This document shows positions 1-7,989 of a DNA stretch of 27,093 nucleotides, in pieces. The stretch comes from an uncultured Anaerolineaceae bacterium (lineage in GTDB: Bacteria; Chloroflexota; Dehalococcoidia; Tepidiformales; Tepidiformaceae). The translations under genes were made by a program, and so were the position numbers. Where the stretch lies: NCBI GenBank assembly GCA_964557245.1, contig CAZKZR010000001.1, positions 1 through 27,093 of the forward strand, written 5' to 3'. The notes under the pieces were generated by a model, which made no database searches, had not been told where the DNA came from, and saw only the letters and a list, made by a program, of their open reading frames with translations. Each line of letters begins with the position of its first letter. Positions within the stretch are counted from its first letter, which is position 1.

Positions 1-594
1 GAGCACCACACGCGCATCGAATCGCCGGACACGCGCGTCGCGCTGACGCTTGCGGCCGCGCTCGGGTTCGCCTGGGTGGCCTATGAAGTCGGCGGGCTCG
101 CCGAGGTGACGGGCTCGTTCCTTGCCGGCGTCATGCTCTCCCGCACGGAGCTGGGCCACCACATCACTGACCCGGTCTCGCGGATCGGCTATTCGCTCTT
201 CATCCCCATCTTCTTCGTCTATATCGGCACTTCGGTCACCCGGGGGGACCTCTCGGCGGACCCCTGGCTGTGCGTCGGCATCGTGGTCGTGGCGCTTGCC
301 ACCAAGCTCCTGGGCTGTGGCGTCCCGGCACGGCTCTGCGGCGAATCCCTGACCACCTCGGTGCGCGTTGGCGCGGGGATGGTCGGCCGCGGCGAAATCG
401 CGCTGGTCGTTGCCTCCGTCGGCCTGGCCGAAGGTGTGGTGGATTCCACCGGCTTCTCGATTGCGATTGTCGTGACCATCGCCACCACGCTTGCGGCGCC
501 ACTGCTCCTGAAAAGCGCCTACCTCTGGTCCGGCACCCGGACCGAGGACGATTCGCCCCAGCGGCTGCCAGACTTCGCCACCGTGGGGCAGTAA
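1..594 (+). CDS. Cation:proton antiporter (CPA2, Kef/NapA-like), C-terminal part, 5'-truncated
   Basis: The frame is open from base 1 (EHHTRIESPDTRVALTLAAALGFAW...). Hydrophobic helices carry CPA2 motifs GSFLAGVML, FIPIFFVYIG, KLLGC and GMVGRGEIALVVA. Confidence 0.88.
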   Translation, partial: EHHTRIESPDTRVALTLAAALGFAWVAYEVGGLAEVTGSFLAGVMLSRTELGHHITDPVSRIGYSLFIPIFFVYIGTSVTRGDLSADPWLCVGIVVVALATKLLGCGVPARLCGESLTTSVRVGAGMVGRGEIALVVASVGLAEGVVDSTGFSIAIVVTIATTLAAPLLLKSAYLWSGTRTEDDSPQRLPDFATVGQ

Positions 595-606
595 CCGGAG
601 GACGCC

Positions 607-1200
607 GTGGCTGAGCCCAAGAATGCGATGTCGCGCCGTCCGGTGGATTCGACCGAGAACGTGCTCTTCGATGCCCGGGTGCGAGACCTGCAGCGAACCT
701 GGGATGAGCACCGGCTGACACTGCAGCTCTCGCAGGCCAACGGGTTCGCGGCCAAGCTCGACCTTCTCCGGACCATTCACGGCTGGATCGCCGAGAGCCT
801 CGTTTCAATCGAGCGCTACTACGGCCGCGCCGCGAATCCACGGCTGGACCCGATGCCCGGTCCGGAACAGGCGCAGGAGGGTTTCCGCGTCACGCTCTTT
901 GACCTCTACTCGGTACGGTTCTTTCTCTCGGAACGACGATCGGGGACTGCCCCCACGTGGGCGGTCGCCGGGGAGGCCCGGGCAGTCGGCCCGCGGCCCA
1001 CGCTCTCGTCGGTTGGGCCTACGCGCCGCCACGGCGTCTGGTCCCGCGAACGCCTCGAGCAGATCCTGCTTTCCGTGGTCAGCCAATACGAGCGCCAACG
1101 GACCGAGGCCGGCCCAATCGCGGCGACCGAGCGGCGGCGGCGCACCTCGGCGCTTCGCCCGATGACCCTCGAAGACCTCGAGTTCCCACCGACCGGCTGA
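607..1200 (+). CDS. Hypothetical protein, 197 aa
   Basis: GGAGG precedes the GTG, 12 nt after the antiporter stop. Composition is protein-like; no motif recognised. Confidence 0.7.
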   Translation: MAEPKNAMSRRPVDSTENVLFDARVRDLQRTWDEHRLTLQLSQANGFAAKLDLLRTIHGWIAESLVSIERYYGRAANPRLDPMPGPEQAQEGFRVTLFDLYSVRFFLSERRSGTAPTWAVAGEARAVGPRPTLSSVGPTRRHGVWSRERLEQILLSVVSQYERQRTEAGPIAATERRRRTSALRPMTLEDLEFPPTG

Positions 1201-1249
1201 CGCTCGCGGGGGGCACGATTGGCCATCACGCTTTAGCATTCGTCCCGGA

Positions 1250-2002
1250 ATGAAGATTCTCCGCCTGACCAACAGCAGCGACGTACATCCCGGTGTGGCC
1301 GAAGAGCTCCGCGCTCCCGCCGTAGCCGCGCGATTCGTTGAAAACGCGACCGGCGAGCCCGTGGAGACGATCCAGAAAGCGCTCTGGCCCACGCCCGCCT
1401 TCCCCGCCGTGCTCGAACGCTGGATGGACCAGTACTCCCCGGACGTGATCCTGTTCCGGCTCTCGTCTTACTGGGTCGCCTACGAGTCAACGCCGCTGCG
1501 GATTGGCAACCGGCTTGGCCGGCTGGGGAATCCGGTGACCACCGCCGGTACCAAAATCGGCGACCGCCCATGGCTGGTCGAACGGCGGGCATTCAAGGCA
1601 GCCCGGAAGGGCATTGTCCGCGTAGTTGGTGGCGACACCTATTTCACGCCGCTGGCCACGGCCGAAGTCCTTGAGGACTGCTTTCGGCTCATCGTCGCGC
1701 GCGAGTCCGTGCTGCCGGTGGTCCGCGGCACGGGGCTGATTCTCAATAGCTCCGGCTCGAAAAGCGGCAGGCGGCGTTCGCACGCGCGGGTGGCCGAACT
1801 GAACCGGCTGGTCATAGCCGCCTGCGAACGCTACCGCATCCCGTTTTCGCCGGAAGAGGTCAGCGAGGCTGAATCGACCACGCGCCAGGCGGATGAACTC
1901 CACGATGCCGCGGACGCCCACGCCGTCATCGGAGAGGCAGAGGGCAAGCTGATCGTTGATGCGTGGGAACTCACACGGGGCGCCGTTCGGCGGGCCAACT
2001 AG
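1250..2002 (+). CDS. SGNH/GDSL-like hydrolase-fold protein (divergent)
   Basis: N-terminal beta-strand then Ser (ILRLTNSSD), a PDVIL strand and C-terminal DxxH (ADELH). Clear paralog of 22674..23420. Confidence 0.65.
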   Translation: MKILRLTNSSDVHPGVAEELRAPAVAARFVENATGEPVETIQKALWPTPAFPAVLERWMDQYSPDVILFRLSSYWVAYESTPLRIGNRLGRLGNPVTTAGTKIGDRPWLVERRAFKAARKGIVRVVGGDTYFTPLATAEVLEDCFRLIVARESVLPVVRGTGLILNSSGSKSGRRRSHARVAELNRLVIAACERYRIPFSPEEVSEAESTTRQADELHDAADAHAVIGEAEGKLIVDAWELTRGAVRRAN

Positions 2003-2063
2003 CCGCGGATTCTCCCGGAAGGTGGCCTTTCGCCTTCTGGCTTTTGCCGCTTAACTCTCTTGC

Positions 2064-3218
2064 ATGACCGAACAGCGCATCCCTTTCGTGAAAGTGCAAC
2101 TGGACGATGACGATATCGCCGCCGTCGAAGGGGTCCTGCGCAGCGGATGGCTCACCACCGCCAGCCAGGTCAAAGCGCTCGAAGAGGAGCTGTGCGCCTA
2201 CACCGGCGCGAAGTTCGTCAACGCCGTGAACTCCGCCACCGCGGCCATGCATCTTTGCCTCGCGGCGTGGGACCTCGGTCCGGGCGACGAAGTGATCACG
2301 ACGCCATACACGTTCACCGCGACTGCCAACGTGGTCCTCCACTGCGGCGCCACGCCGGTGCTGGTTGATGTCGAAGAAGGGACCGCCAACATCGATCCCG
2401 CCGCCGTGGAACGCGCGATCACTCCCCACACGAAGGTGATCCTCCCGGTGCACATCGCAGGCGAGCCGTGCGATATGGACGCCCTGAACGCGATCGCCCG
2501 CCCGCGCGGGATCAAGATCCTCGAGGACGCCGCGCACGCCATCGGCTCTATGTACCGCGGGAAGCAGATCGGCAGCGTTTCCGATGCAGCCGCCTTTAGC
2601 TTCTACGCGAACAAAACCATGACCACCGGCGAAGGCGGTGCGCTCGCCACCGACGATGCCGAACTCAGCGCCCGGGTTCGCCGGCTCACGCTCCACGGGA
2701 TGTCCCGCGATGCCTACAACCGTTACGGCGCGGGTGGCAGTTGGCGGTACGACATCGAGGAGTTCGGGTTCAAGGACAACCTGACCGATATCGCGGCCGC
2801 GCTGGGCCGCACGCAACTCGGCAAGCTCGAGGGGTTCATCGAAGAGCGCACGCGCGTGGCCCAGCGCTACTTCGCGAACCTCCGCGACGAAGAGCACATC
2901 ATCCTGCCGTTGTTCAACGAGGATAACCGCCAGCCCTGGCACCTCTTCATGATCCGGATCAAGAACGAGACATCGCCGGTCCAGCGCGATGACGTCATCC
3001 GTGAACTCGCCGAGCGCGGGATCGGCACATCGGTCCATTTCATCCCGCTCCACTATCACTCGGCGTACCAGAAGCTCGGCCGCTGGGCGAAGGGCGATTT
3101 CCCGGTGGCGGAACGCTTCTTCGAGGGCGAAATCAGCCTGCCCATGTACCCCACGATGACCAACGCGGAAGTCGATGACGTTTGTGAAGCGCTCCGAGAG
3201 ATCCTGCATCCGGCTTAG
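2064..3218 (+). CDS. DegT/DnrJ/EryC1/StrS family PLP-dependent sugar aminotransferase
   Basis: Motifs VNSATAAMHL, GDEVIT, PVHIAG, EDAAHAIG and FSFYANKTMTTGEGG (PLP-binding Lys); 384 aa. Confidence 0.96.
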   Translation: MTEQRIPFVKVQLDDDDIAAVEGVLRSGWLTTASQVKALEEELCAYTGAKFVNAVNSATAAMHLCLAAWDLGPGDEVITTPYTFTATANVVLHCGATPVLVDVEEGTANIDPAAVERAITPHTKVILPVHIAGEPCDMDALNAIARPRGIKILEDAAHAIGSMYRGKQIGSVSDAAAFSFYANKTMTTGEGGALATDDAELSARVRRLTLHGMSRDAYNRYGAGGSWRYDIEEFGFKDNLTDIAAALGRTQLGKLEGFIEERTRVAQRYFANLRDEEHIILPLFNEDNRQPWHLFMIRIKNETSPVQRDDVIRELAERGIGTSVHFIPLHYHSAYQKLGRWAKGDFPVAERFFEGEISLPMYPTMTNAEVDDVCEALREILHPA

Positions 3219-3250
3219 AGGTGGCGTAGCTGCGAGCCTCCACCGTGCGA

Positions 3251-3259
3251 TGGCATAAT
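3251..3259 (+). promoter_or_regulatory. Extended -10 promoter element (TG-G-CATAAT) for the lipoprotein array
   Basis: TGGCATAAT lies about 40 nt upstream of the GTG at 3301, with an SD-like GGAGAGGG between them. Confidence 0.45.
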
Positions 3260-3300
3260 CGCCGCGCCGCGTCCGGAATGAACGCGGAGAGGGTTTCACC

Positions 3301-3861
3301 GTGCATCATCGTTCGCGCACGTTCGTTCTTGGCGCCGTGCTGGCCATCACTCCCGTCCTTGGCGGCGCCTGCGGCGGCAGCAGCCTGGAAAAGGTAGACG
3401 CCGACGACTGGGTAGCTGACGTATGCGATGCCGCCCTCGACTTTCAGGACGACTTTCTCGACGCCGCCGGCGGCCTGGACGTCATCGAAGATGGCGATCC
3501 GGACGAAATCAAGGATGCCGTCGACGAGTGGGTTGATGATGGCTCGGACGCGATCGATGCCTTCGTGAAGGACGTCGAGGATGTCGGCCAGCCGGACATC
3601 GACGGCGGCGCGGACGTCATCAAGGCCTTCCGCGCCCACGCCAAGAAGCAGAAGGAGATACTCGCGGACTTCAAGAAGGACGTGAACAAGCTCGATGACG
3701 ACGATGACGAGGACTTCCGCGACGGCGTCTTCGACATCCTCGACGACGTAGAAGACCCGGACTTCCGCGAGGAACTCGAAGACATCGATGAGAACGACGT
3801 GGACGACCTCATCGACCAGATCGACGAAGAACCCGACTGCGCGAGCGTCCTCTTCAATTGA
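3301..3861 (+). CDS. Acidic lipoprotein, paralog A
   Basis: Signal peptide with lipobox GGAC-GG; motifs KVDADDWVADVC, GQPDIDGG and C-terminal PDC; extremely Asp-rich. Confidence 0.88.
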   Translation: MHHRSRTFVLGAVLAITPVLGGACGGSSLEKVDADDWVADVCDAALDFQDDFLDAAGGLDVIEDGDPDEIKDAVDEWVDDGSDAIDAFVKDVEDVGQPDIDGGADVIKAFRAHAKKQKEILADFKKDVNKLDDDDDEDFRDGVFDILDDVEDPDFREELEDIDENDVDDLIDQIDEEPDCASVLFN

Positions 3862-4424
3862 CGCGCTTCCGCCGGGCCGCGCTACGAGGCGGGTCCGGCG
3901 TGTTGCTCTTCTTCGCCCTGGTCTCGCCGTCGTGCGGCGGCGGCGCGAAGAAATCTGACGCCGATGACTGGGTCGCTGATATCTGTGCCCCGGCCATCAC
4001 CTTGAGCGAAGCTCGCGGCGACGCGCTGCTCGATTTCTTCGCGGTCGATTCTTCGGATGGCCCGGCCATGACGGAGGGCTTCAACCGCTACAGCTCTCGC
4101 TATGGGAAAGGCCTCTCCGATTTCGAAAAAGCCGTCGATGCCTCCGGGCAGCCCGATGTGCTGGACGGCGCGAAAGTCCGCAAAGCGCTGCTTGCATGGG
4201 TCGAAGCCGAGCAAAAGGCGAACGACCGCGCCCATGACGAGGTCGCCGCGTTGAAGAAGGACAGCGAGTTCCTGGCCAGCGACGTCGACGATATCTTCTT
4301 CGACATAGACTTCGCCGATTTCCGTAAAATCCTCGCAGACAGTGGCGCGCGCAGTTCCGCCGATATCATCGCCCTGATCGAGAAGGACCCCCAGTGTGCA
4401 TTCGCTCTCTTCGCCGAAGACTGA
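3858..4424 (+). CDS. Lipoprotein, paralog B
   Basis: TTG start overlaps the stop of A (TTGA). Lipobox-like SPSC-GG; motifs KSDADDWVADIC, GQPDVLDG and PQC. Confidence 0.85.
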   Translation: MTRFRRAALRGGSGVLLFFALVSPSCGGGAKKSDADDWVADICAPAITLSEARGDALLDFFAVDSSDGPAMTEGFNRYSSRYGKGLSDFEKAVDASGQPDVLDGAKVRKALLAWVEAEQKANDRAHDEVAALKKDSEFLASDVDDIFFDIDFADFRKILADSGARSSADIIALIEKDPQCAFALFAED

Positions 4425-4960
4425 AGCCTCGCCGGACCGCGCTTCTCGCGCTGCCGCTGGTGGTGCTGGCGGGCGCCGCATCCTGTGGCGGCAGCGATAC
4501 GGAAAAGGTGGATGCCGACGACTGGGTGGATGACGTTTGCGACGCCACCAGCACCCTCGCCGACGCCGAGGATGACGCCTACAACGCCTATTTCGACATC
4601 GAGAGCGACGATGCCGATGAGATTCGCGACGCCCTTTCGGACTATGTGGATGATTACGCGAAGGCCCTGGACAAGTTCGCGCGCGCCGTGGAACGGGCCG
4701 GCGAACCTGATGTGGACCACGGCGACCGCATGGTCAAAGCCGTGCAGGGCTGGGTGGAGGAGGAGAAGAAGTACGGCGTCCGCGCCGAGCGCGACGCTCG
4801 GAGCCTGAAAACCGTCGATGAGATCGACCAGGTGTTCAGCGATATGAAACTTGCGAACCTTCTCGACTTCCTGGACGACACCGATTCGCGCGATACAAAC
4901 GACATCGTCGAGTTGTTCGACGATAACGAACGCTGCTCCAGCTTCCTGTTCGTCGACTGA
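4394..4960 (+). CDS. Acidic lipoprotein, paralog C (start GTG 4394 or CTG 4421)
   Basis: Lipobox AASC-GG; motifs KVDADDWVDDVC, GEPDVDHG and ERC. Confidence 0.85.
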   Translation: MCIRSLRRRLKPRRTALLALPLVVLAGAASCGGSDTEKVDADDWVDDVCDATSTLADAEDDAYNAYFDIESDDADEIRDALSDYVDDYAKALDKFARAVERAGEPDVDHGDRMVKAVQGWVEEEKKYGVRAERDARSLKTVDEIDQVFSDMKLANLLDFLDDTDSRDTNDIVELFDDNERCSSFLFVD

Positions 4961-5063
4961 GCCGAAAGCAGGGTTTGCAACACTGCGCTGTCCGTGAACC
5001 ACCGTACTGTCGTAGTAGGTGGAGGAACCGCAGAATTGCCAAAACCTCCAGGAGTGCCATCGA

Positions 5064-6197
5064 ATGCACCTGAACTCCTTCGCCCGCGCCGGGCTCCTCG
5101 CCGCCTTGCCGCTTTCGTCCCTGCTCTTTGCCTGTGGTGGCGGCGGCAGCGACAAGAAAGTCGATGCCGACGATTGGGTTGCTGACCTCTGCGATGCAGC
5201 CGCCGACTTCGATAAGGCGAGCGACAAGGCCGGGGAAGCCTTCCTGGATGCTGACTTCGATGACACCAAGGAGGCCAAGGCGGCCTTCAAGGAGAGCCTC
5301 GAAAAGCAGAAGGACGCCCAGAAGGACTTCCGGTCCGACTTCGACAAGATCGGCCAGCCCGACATCGAAGATGGCGACAAGGTGGTCGCCGCTTTCAAGG
5401 ACCAGTTCAAAGCGAACGACAAGATGACCGAGGATGTCGGCAAGGCCGTCGCCAAGATCGATGACGACGACGATTTCACCGAGGAATTCCTCAAGATCGC
5501 GGACGACTTCGATACGCCGGACTTCCGCGAAAAGATGGACGACCTCGCCGACGACAGCGATGACGTGGCGGACCTCATCGATAGCATCGATGCCGACAGC
5601 GATTGCTCCGCCGTCATCTTCGACCAGCCGGGCGCCGACGACACCACCGACGAACCGACCGCTCAGCCTTCCAAGACGACCGTCGCCAGCAAGACCACCG
5701 TCCCGACGACGACCGCGGCCAAGACCACGAACGAGAAGTGGGTTGCAGGCGTCTGCACCTCGCTCGGCGGCTGGATCAAGGACCTCGAAAACGCCAACGA
5801 CAAGCTCGATTCCACGCTCACCACAGCCAAGGACGCGCCCGCGCTCAAGGCGGCACTCGTGGAGTTCATGAAAAGTGGCCAGGCCGAGACGAAGAACATG
5901 CAGAAGGAAGTAGCGGCCTTGAAGGCCCCTGACGTGAAGAACGGCGCGGCGATCCAGCGCACGTTCAACGATGGGATGAGCCAGCTGGTCGCCGTGTTCG
6001 ATGGCCTGGTAACGGAATCCCAGAAGGTCGGCACCTCCTCGCTCGCGCAGACCACCGCGGATGTCGAGCGGCTTTCCAGCGGCATCAGCGACGCGTTCAA
6101 CGATGTCAGCGCCACCTTCGACAAACTCGACGACCTGGACACCGGCGAACTGGACAACCTGTTCGATCAGCGCCCGGAGTGCGCCGGGATCAACTAA
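5064..6197 (+). CDS. Two-domain lipoprotein, paralog D (two family domains joined by a Thr-rich linker)
   Basis: AGGAG lies 9 nt before ATG 5064. Lipobox LFAC-GG. Domain 1: KVDADDWVADLC..GQPDIEDG..SDC. Linker: KTTVASKTTVPTTTAAKTT. Domain 2: WVAGVC..APDVKNG..PEC. Confidence 0.9.
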   Translation: MHLNSFARAGLLAALPLSSLLFACGGGGSDKKVDADDWVADLCDAAADFDKASDKAGEAFLDADFDDTKEAKAAFKESLEKQKDAQKDFRSDFDKIGQPDIEDGDKVVAAFKDQFKANDKMTEDVGKAVAKIDDDDDFTEEFLKIADDFDTPDFREKMDDLADDSDDVADLIDSIDADSDCSAVIFDQPGADDTTDEPTAQPSKTTVASKTTVPTTTAAKTTNEKWVAGVCTSLGGWIKDLENANDKLDSTLTTAKDAPALKAALVEFMKSGQAETKNMQKEVAALKAPDVKNGAAIQRTFNDGMSQLVAVFDGLVTESQKVGTSSLAQTTADVERLSSGISDAFNDVSATFDKLDDLDTGELDNLFDQRPECAGIN

Positions 6198-6220
6198 CGC
6201 TGCCCCCGAACCACGCTTGC

Positions 6221-6246
6221 TGGCGCGGATGCTAGACTCCGCGCCA
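6221..6246 (+). promoter_or_regulatory. Perfect 9-bp inverted repeat enclosing an extended -10 upstream of phaC
   Basis: TGGCGCGGA-tgctagac-TCCGCGCCA; TG-C-TAGACT occupies 6230-6238. Confidence 0.5.
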
Positions 6247-6267
6247 CTAGCGATGGGAGGCTCCCCG

Positions 6268-7314
6268 ATGACGCAGGCGCCGGGACTCGAAACGGAAGCT
6301 GAACTCCTCCGCATGGCCCAGGGCCTGCGCGATGCGCTGGGCGCGCCCGCGCCGGTAGCGCTCTCCCGCCGCGTCATCGCCGGATTCCGCGGCAAGGCCC
6401 GCATGTATTACTACCCGCCGAAAGACGGCGGCCGGTTCAAGACGCCGCTCCTGCTCTTCCCCTACCTGGGCATCAGCAGGCCGTACATCTTCGACCTCCG
6501 TCCCGGTGAATCGTTCGCGGAGTTCCTCTATGAAGAGGGGATCCCGTTCTACCTCGTGGACTGGGGCATTTTCGGGCCCGAAGACCGCGAAATGGGCATG
6601 GATGACGTCATCGGAGACATGGTGCCTTCGCTGGTGCGGCAGGCCGTCGCCCACTCCGGCGCCGACGCGGTCACGCTCTTCGGCTATTGCATGGGCGTCC
6701 CCATGACCAGCTCCGCGCTCGCCTCCCAGCCGGACCTGCCGGTGAAGAACTATCTTTCCATGGTCGGTCCGATCGACTTTTCCGTCGGCGAATTTCCAAT
6801 GATGACGACCGAGGACCGCTTCGACGTGGATTCCATCGTTGAAACGTTCGACATGATGCCGGCGGAGTTCGTGCGATCCGGGTTCAAGATGCTGAACCCC
6901 ATGGGCGATATTTCTCAGGCGCAGTCGCTCCTCCAGAACGCGGCGAACCCGCAGTGGCTCATCGGCTACAAGGCGATGAACCGCTGGGCAAGCGAGTGGC
7001 TCCCCCTGCCGAAGCAGTTCTTCCGCCAGTGGGTCCGCCACTTCTACCAGGGGAATGAGCTGGTGCAGGGGAAGTTCCGCGTGCTCGGTGAAGCCGTGAA
7101 CCTGCGCGATATCACCGTCCCCGTGCTCTGCGTCGGCGCCAGCAAGGACGATATCGTCCCGGCGGACAGTGCCCGCGCCCTGGTCGAATCGGTCGGGAGT
7201 AAGGACAAGCAGTTTGTCGAACTCGAAGGCGGCCACATCTCGGTGATTGCGGGCCGCCGCGCGAAACAGGTGGTGTGGCCGGCGTTGTTGGAGTGGCTGC
7301 GAGAGCACGACTAG
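6268..7314 (+). CDS. phaC: Polyhydroxyalkanoate synthase catalytic subunit, class III/IV-like
   Basis: GGAGG lies 7 nt before ATG 6268; 348 aa. Motifs TPLLLFPYLGISRPYIFDL, LVDWG, lipase-like box GYCMG (Cys), KDDIVP (Asp) and GGHIS (His). Confidence 0.85.
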   Translation: MTQAPGLETEAELLRMAQGLRDALGAPAPVALSRRVIAGFRGKARMYYYPPKDGGRFKTPLLLFPYLGISRPYIFDLRPGESFAEFLYEEGIPFYLVDWGIFGPEDREMGMDDVIGDMVPSLVRQAVAHSGADAVTLFGYCMGVPMTSSALASQPDLPVKNYLSMVGPIDFSVGEFPMMTTEDRFDVDSIVETFDMMPAEFVRSGFKMLNPMGDISQAQSLLQNAANPQWLIGYKAMNRWASEWLPLPKQFFRQWVRHFYQGNELVQGKFRVLGEAVNLRDITVPVLCVGASKDDIVPADSARALVESVGSKDKQFVELEGGHISVIAGRRAKQVVWPALLEWLREHD

Positions 7315-7338
7315 CGGGACGGACGGACGACGGGGAAA

Positions 7339-7407
7339 TAGCACCGACCGTAAGGGAGGCCTGCGGTGGTGTAGCTCGGGATTCGGCCTCCCTCACGGTC
7401 GGGGCTA
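7339..7407. repeat. REP-like inverted doublet (REPIN-like)
   Basis: Arm 7339-7361 TAGCACCGACCGTAAGGGAGGCC and arm 7385-7407 GGCCTCCCTCACGGTCGGGGCTA are reverse complements at 21/23 positions. Confidence 0.85.
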
Positions 7408-7454
7408 GTTCCGTCCATGGAATCGACGACCCTCCCGGGGAGGCGCGTTGATGC

Positions 7455-7979
7455 CTAGTCAGCCAATTCTCCAGGCCCCCGCGTCCCACCAAGGTCCTGT
7501 CCCTGTCCCTCGACCACGTAACGGATCGCATCCTCCATGGCTTGCCGTGTGTAGAGATACCGGGTGCTGCCATGACGGGTCCAAACTCGCTGGCCCTCAT
7601 CCACCAACCCGTCTTCTCGGAGCCGGCGAGTCGACCACGCTTTGAATGCGTTCATCACCTGCTCCGGAGAGGTGTTCGCCTTAACCACCGTGTGAACGTG
7701 ATTCGTACGCACATTCATGGCGAGCAAATCCCATGAACGGTGCTCCGCGACTGACTCGATCGCCTTCGCAATGGATGATCGGGCGTCAACTGTGAACGTC
7801 ATGGACGCTGCTGATAAGCGGCGTTTCGCCTGCGCCAACCGCGATTCGCTCGGCTCGACCGATGCCGTTACCCCGGGACTGCGCTGTCGCTCGCTGGACC
7901 CACGAGCATCACCATGCAGCCACGTTCCGTACGCAGTGAACGTGATGAGGTACGTGCCAGAGTCCTGCCGCTCCGTCAC
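7455..7979 (-). mobile_element. Y1 HUH transposase, IS200-like / REP-associated tyrosine transposase (RAYT)
   Basis: Motifs YLITFTAYGTWLHGD, HUH motif NHVH, FKAWSTRRL, VWTRHGS and catalytic Tyr in AIRYVVEGQ; 174 aa. AGGAG lies 8 nt before the GTG; palindromes flank the gene. Confidence 0.85.
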
Positions 7980-7989
7980 CGCCGGGGCT
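7971..7989. repeat. Degenerate third REP arm overlapping the transposase start
   Basis: CTCCGTCACCGCCGGGGCT matches 7388-7406 CTCCCTCACGGTCGGGGCT at 16/19 positions. Confidence 0.6.

Noticed and set aside
1971-3299. 442-aa minus-strand ORF
   Set aside because: Antisense shadow of the DegT gene; no motifs; expected in high-GC DNA.
3385-5200. Recurrent GACGCCGACGACTGGGT-like DNA as a possible CRISPR or direct-repeat array
   Set aside because: The copies lie inside CDSs, vary at codon third positions and are 500-700 bp apart; they are protein motif conservation.
6061-6267. Upstream extension of the phaC ORF (417 aa)
   Set aside because: Overlaps lipoprotein D; the SD and the promoter-like element support ATG 6268.
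4100-6404. Long minus-strand ORFs (515 aa, 522 aa; Ser-rich or Val-rich)
   Set aside because: Mirror images of GAC/GAT-rich lipoprotein codons, which lack antisense stops.
7455-7979. IS200/IS605 element carrying tnpB
   Set aside because: No tnpB/RuvC ORF is adjacent; the flanks look like REP arms.
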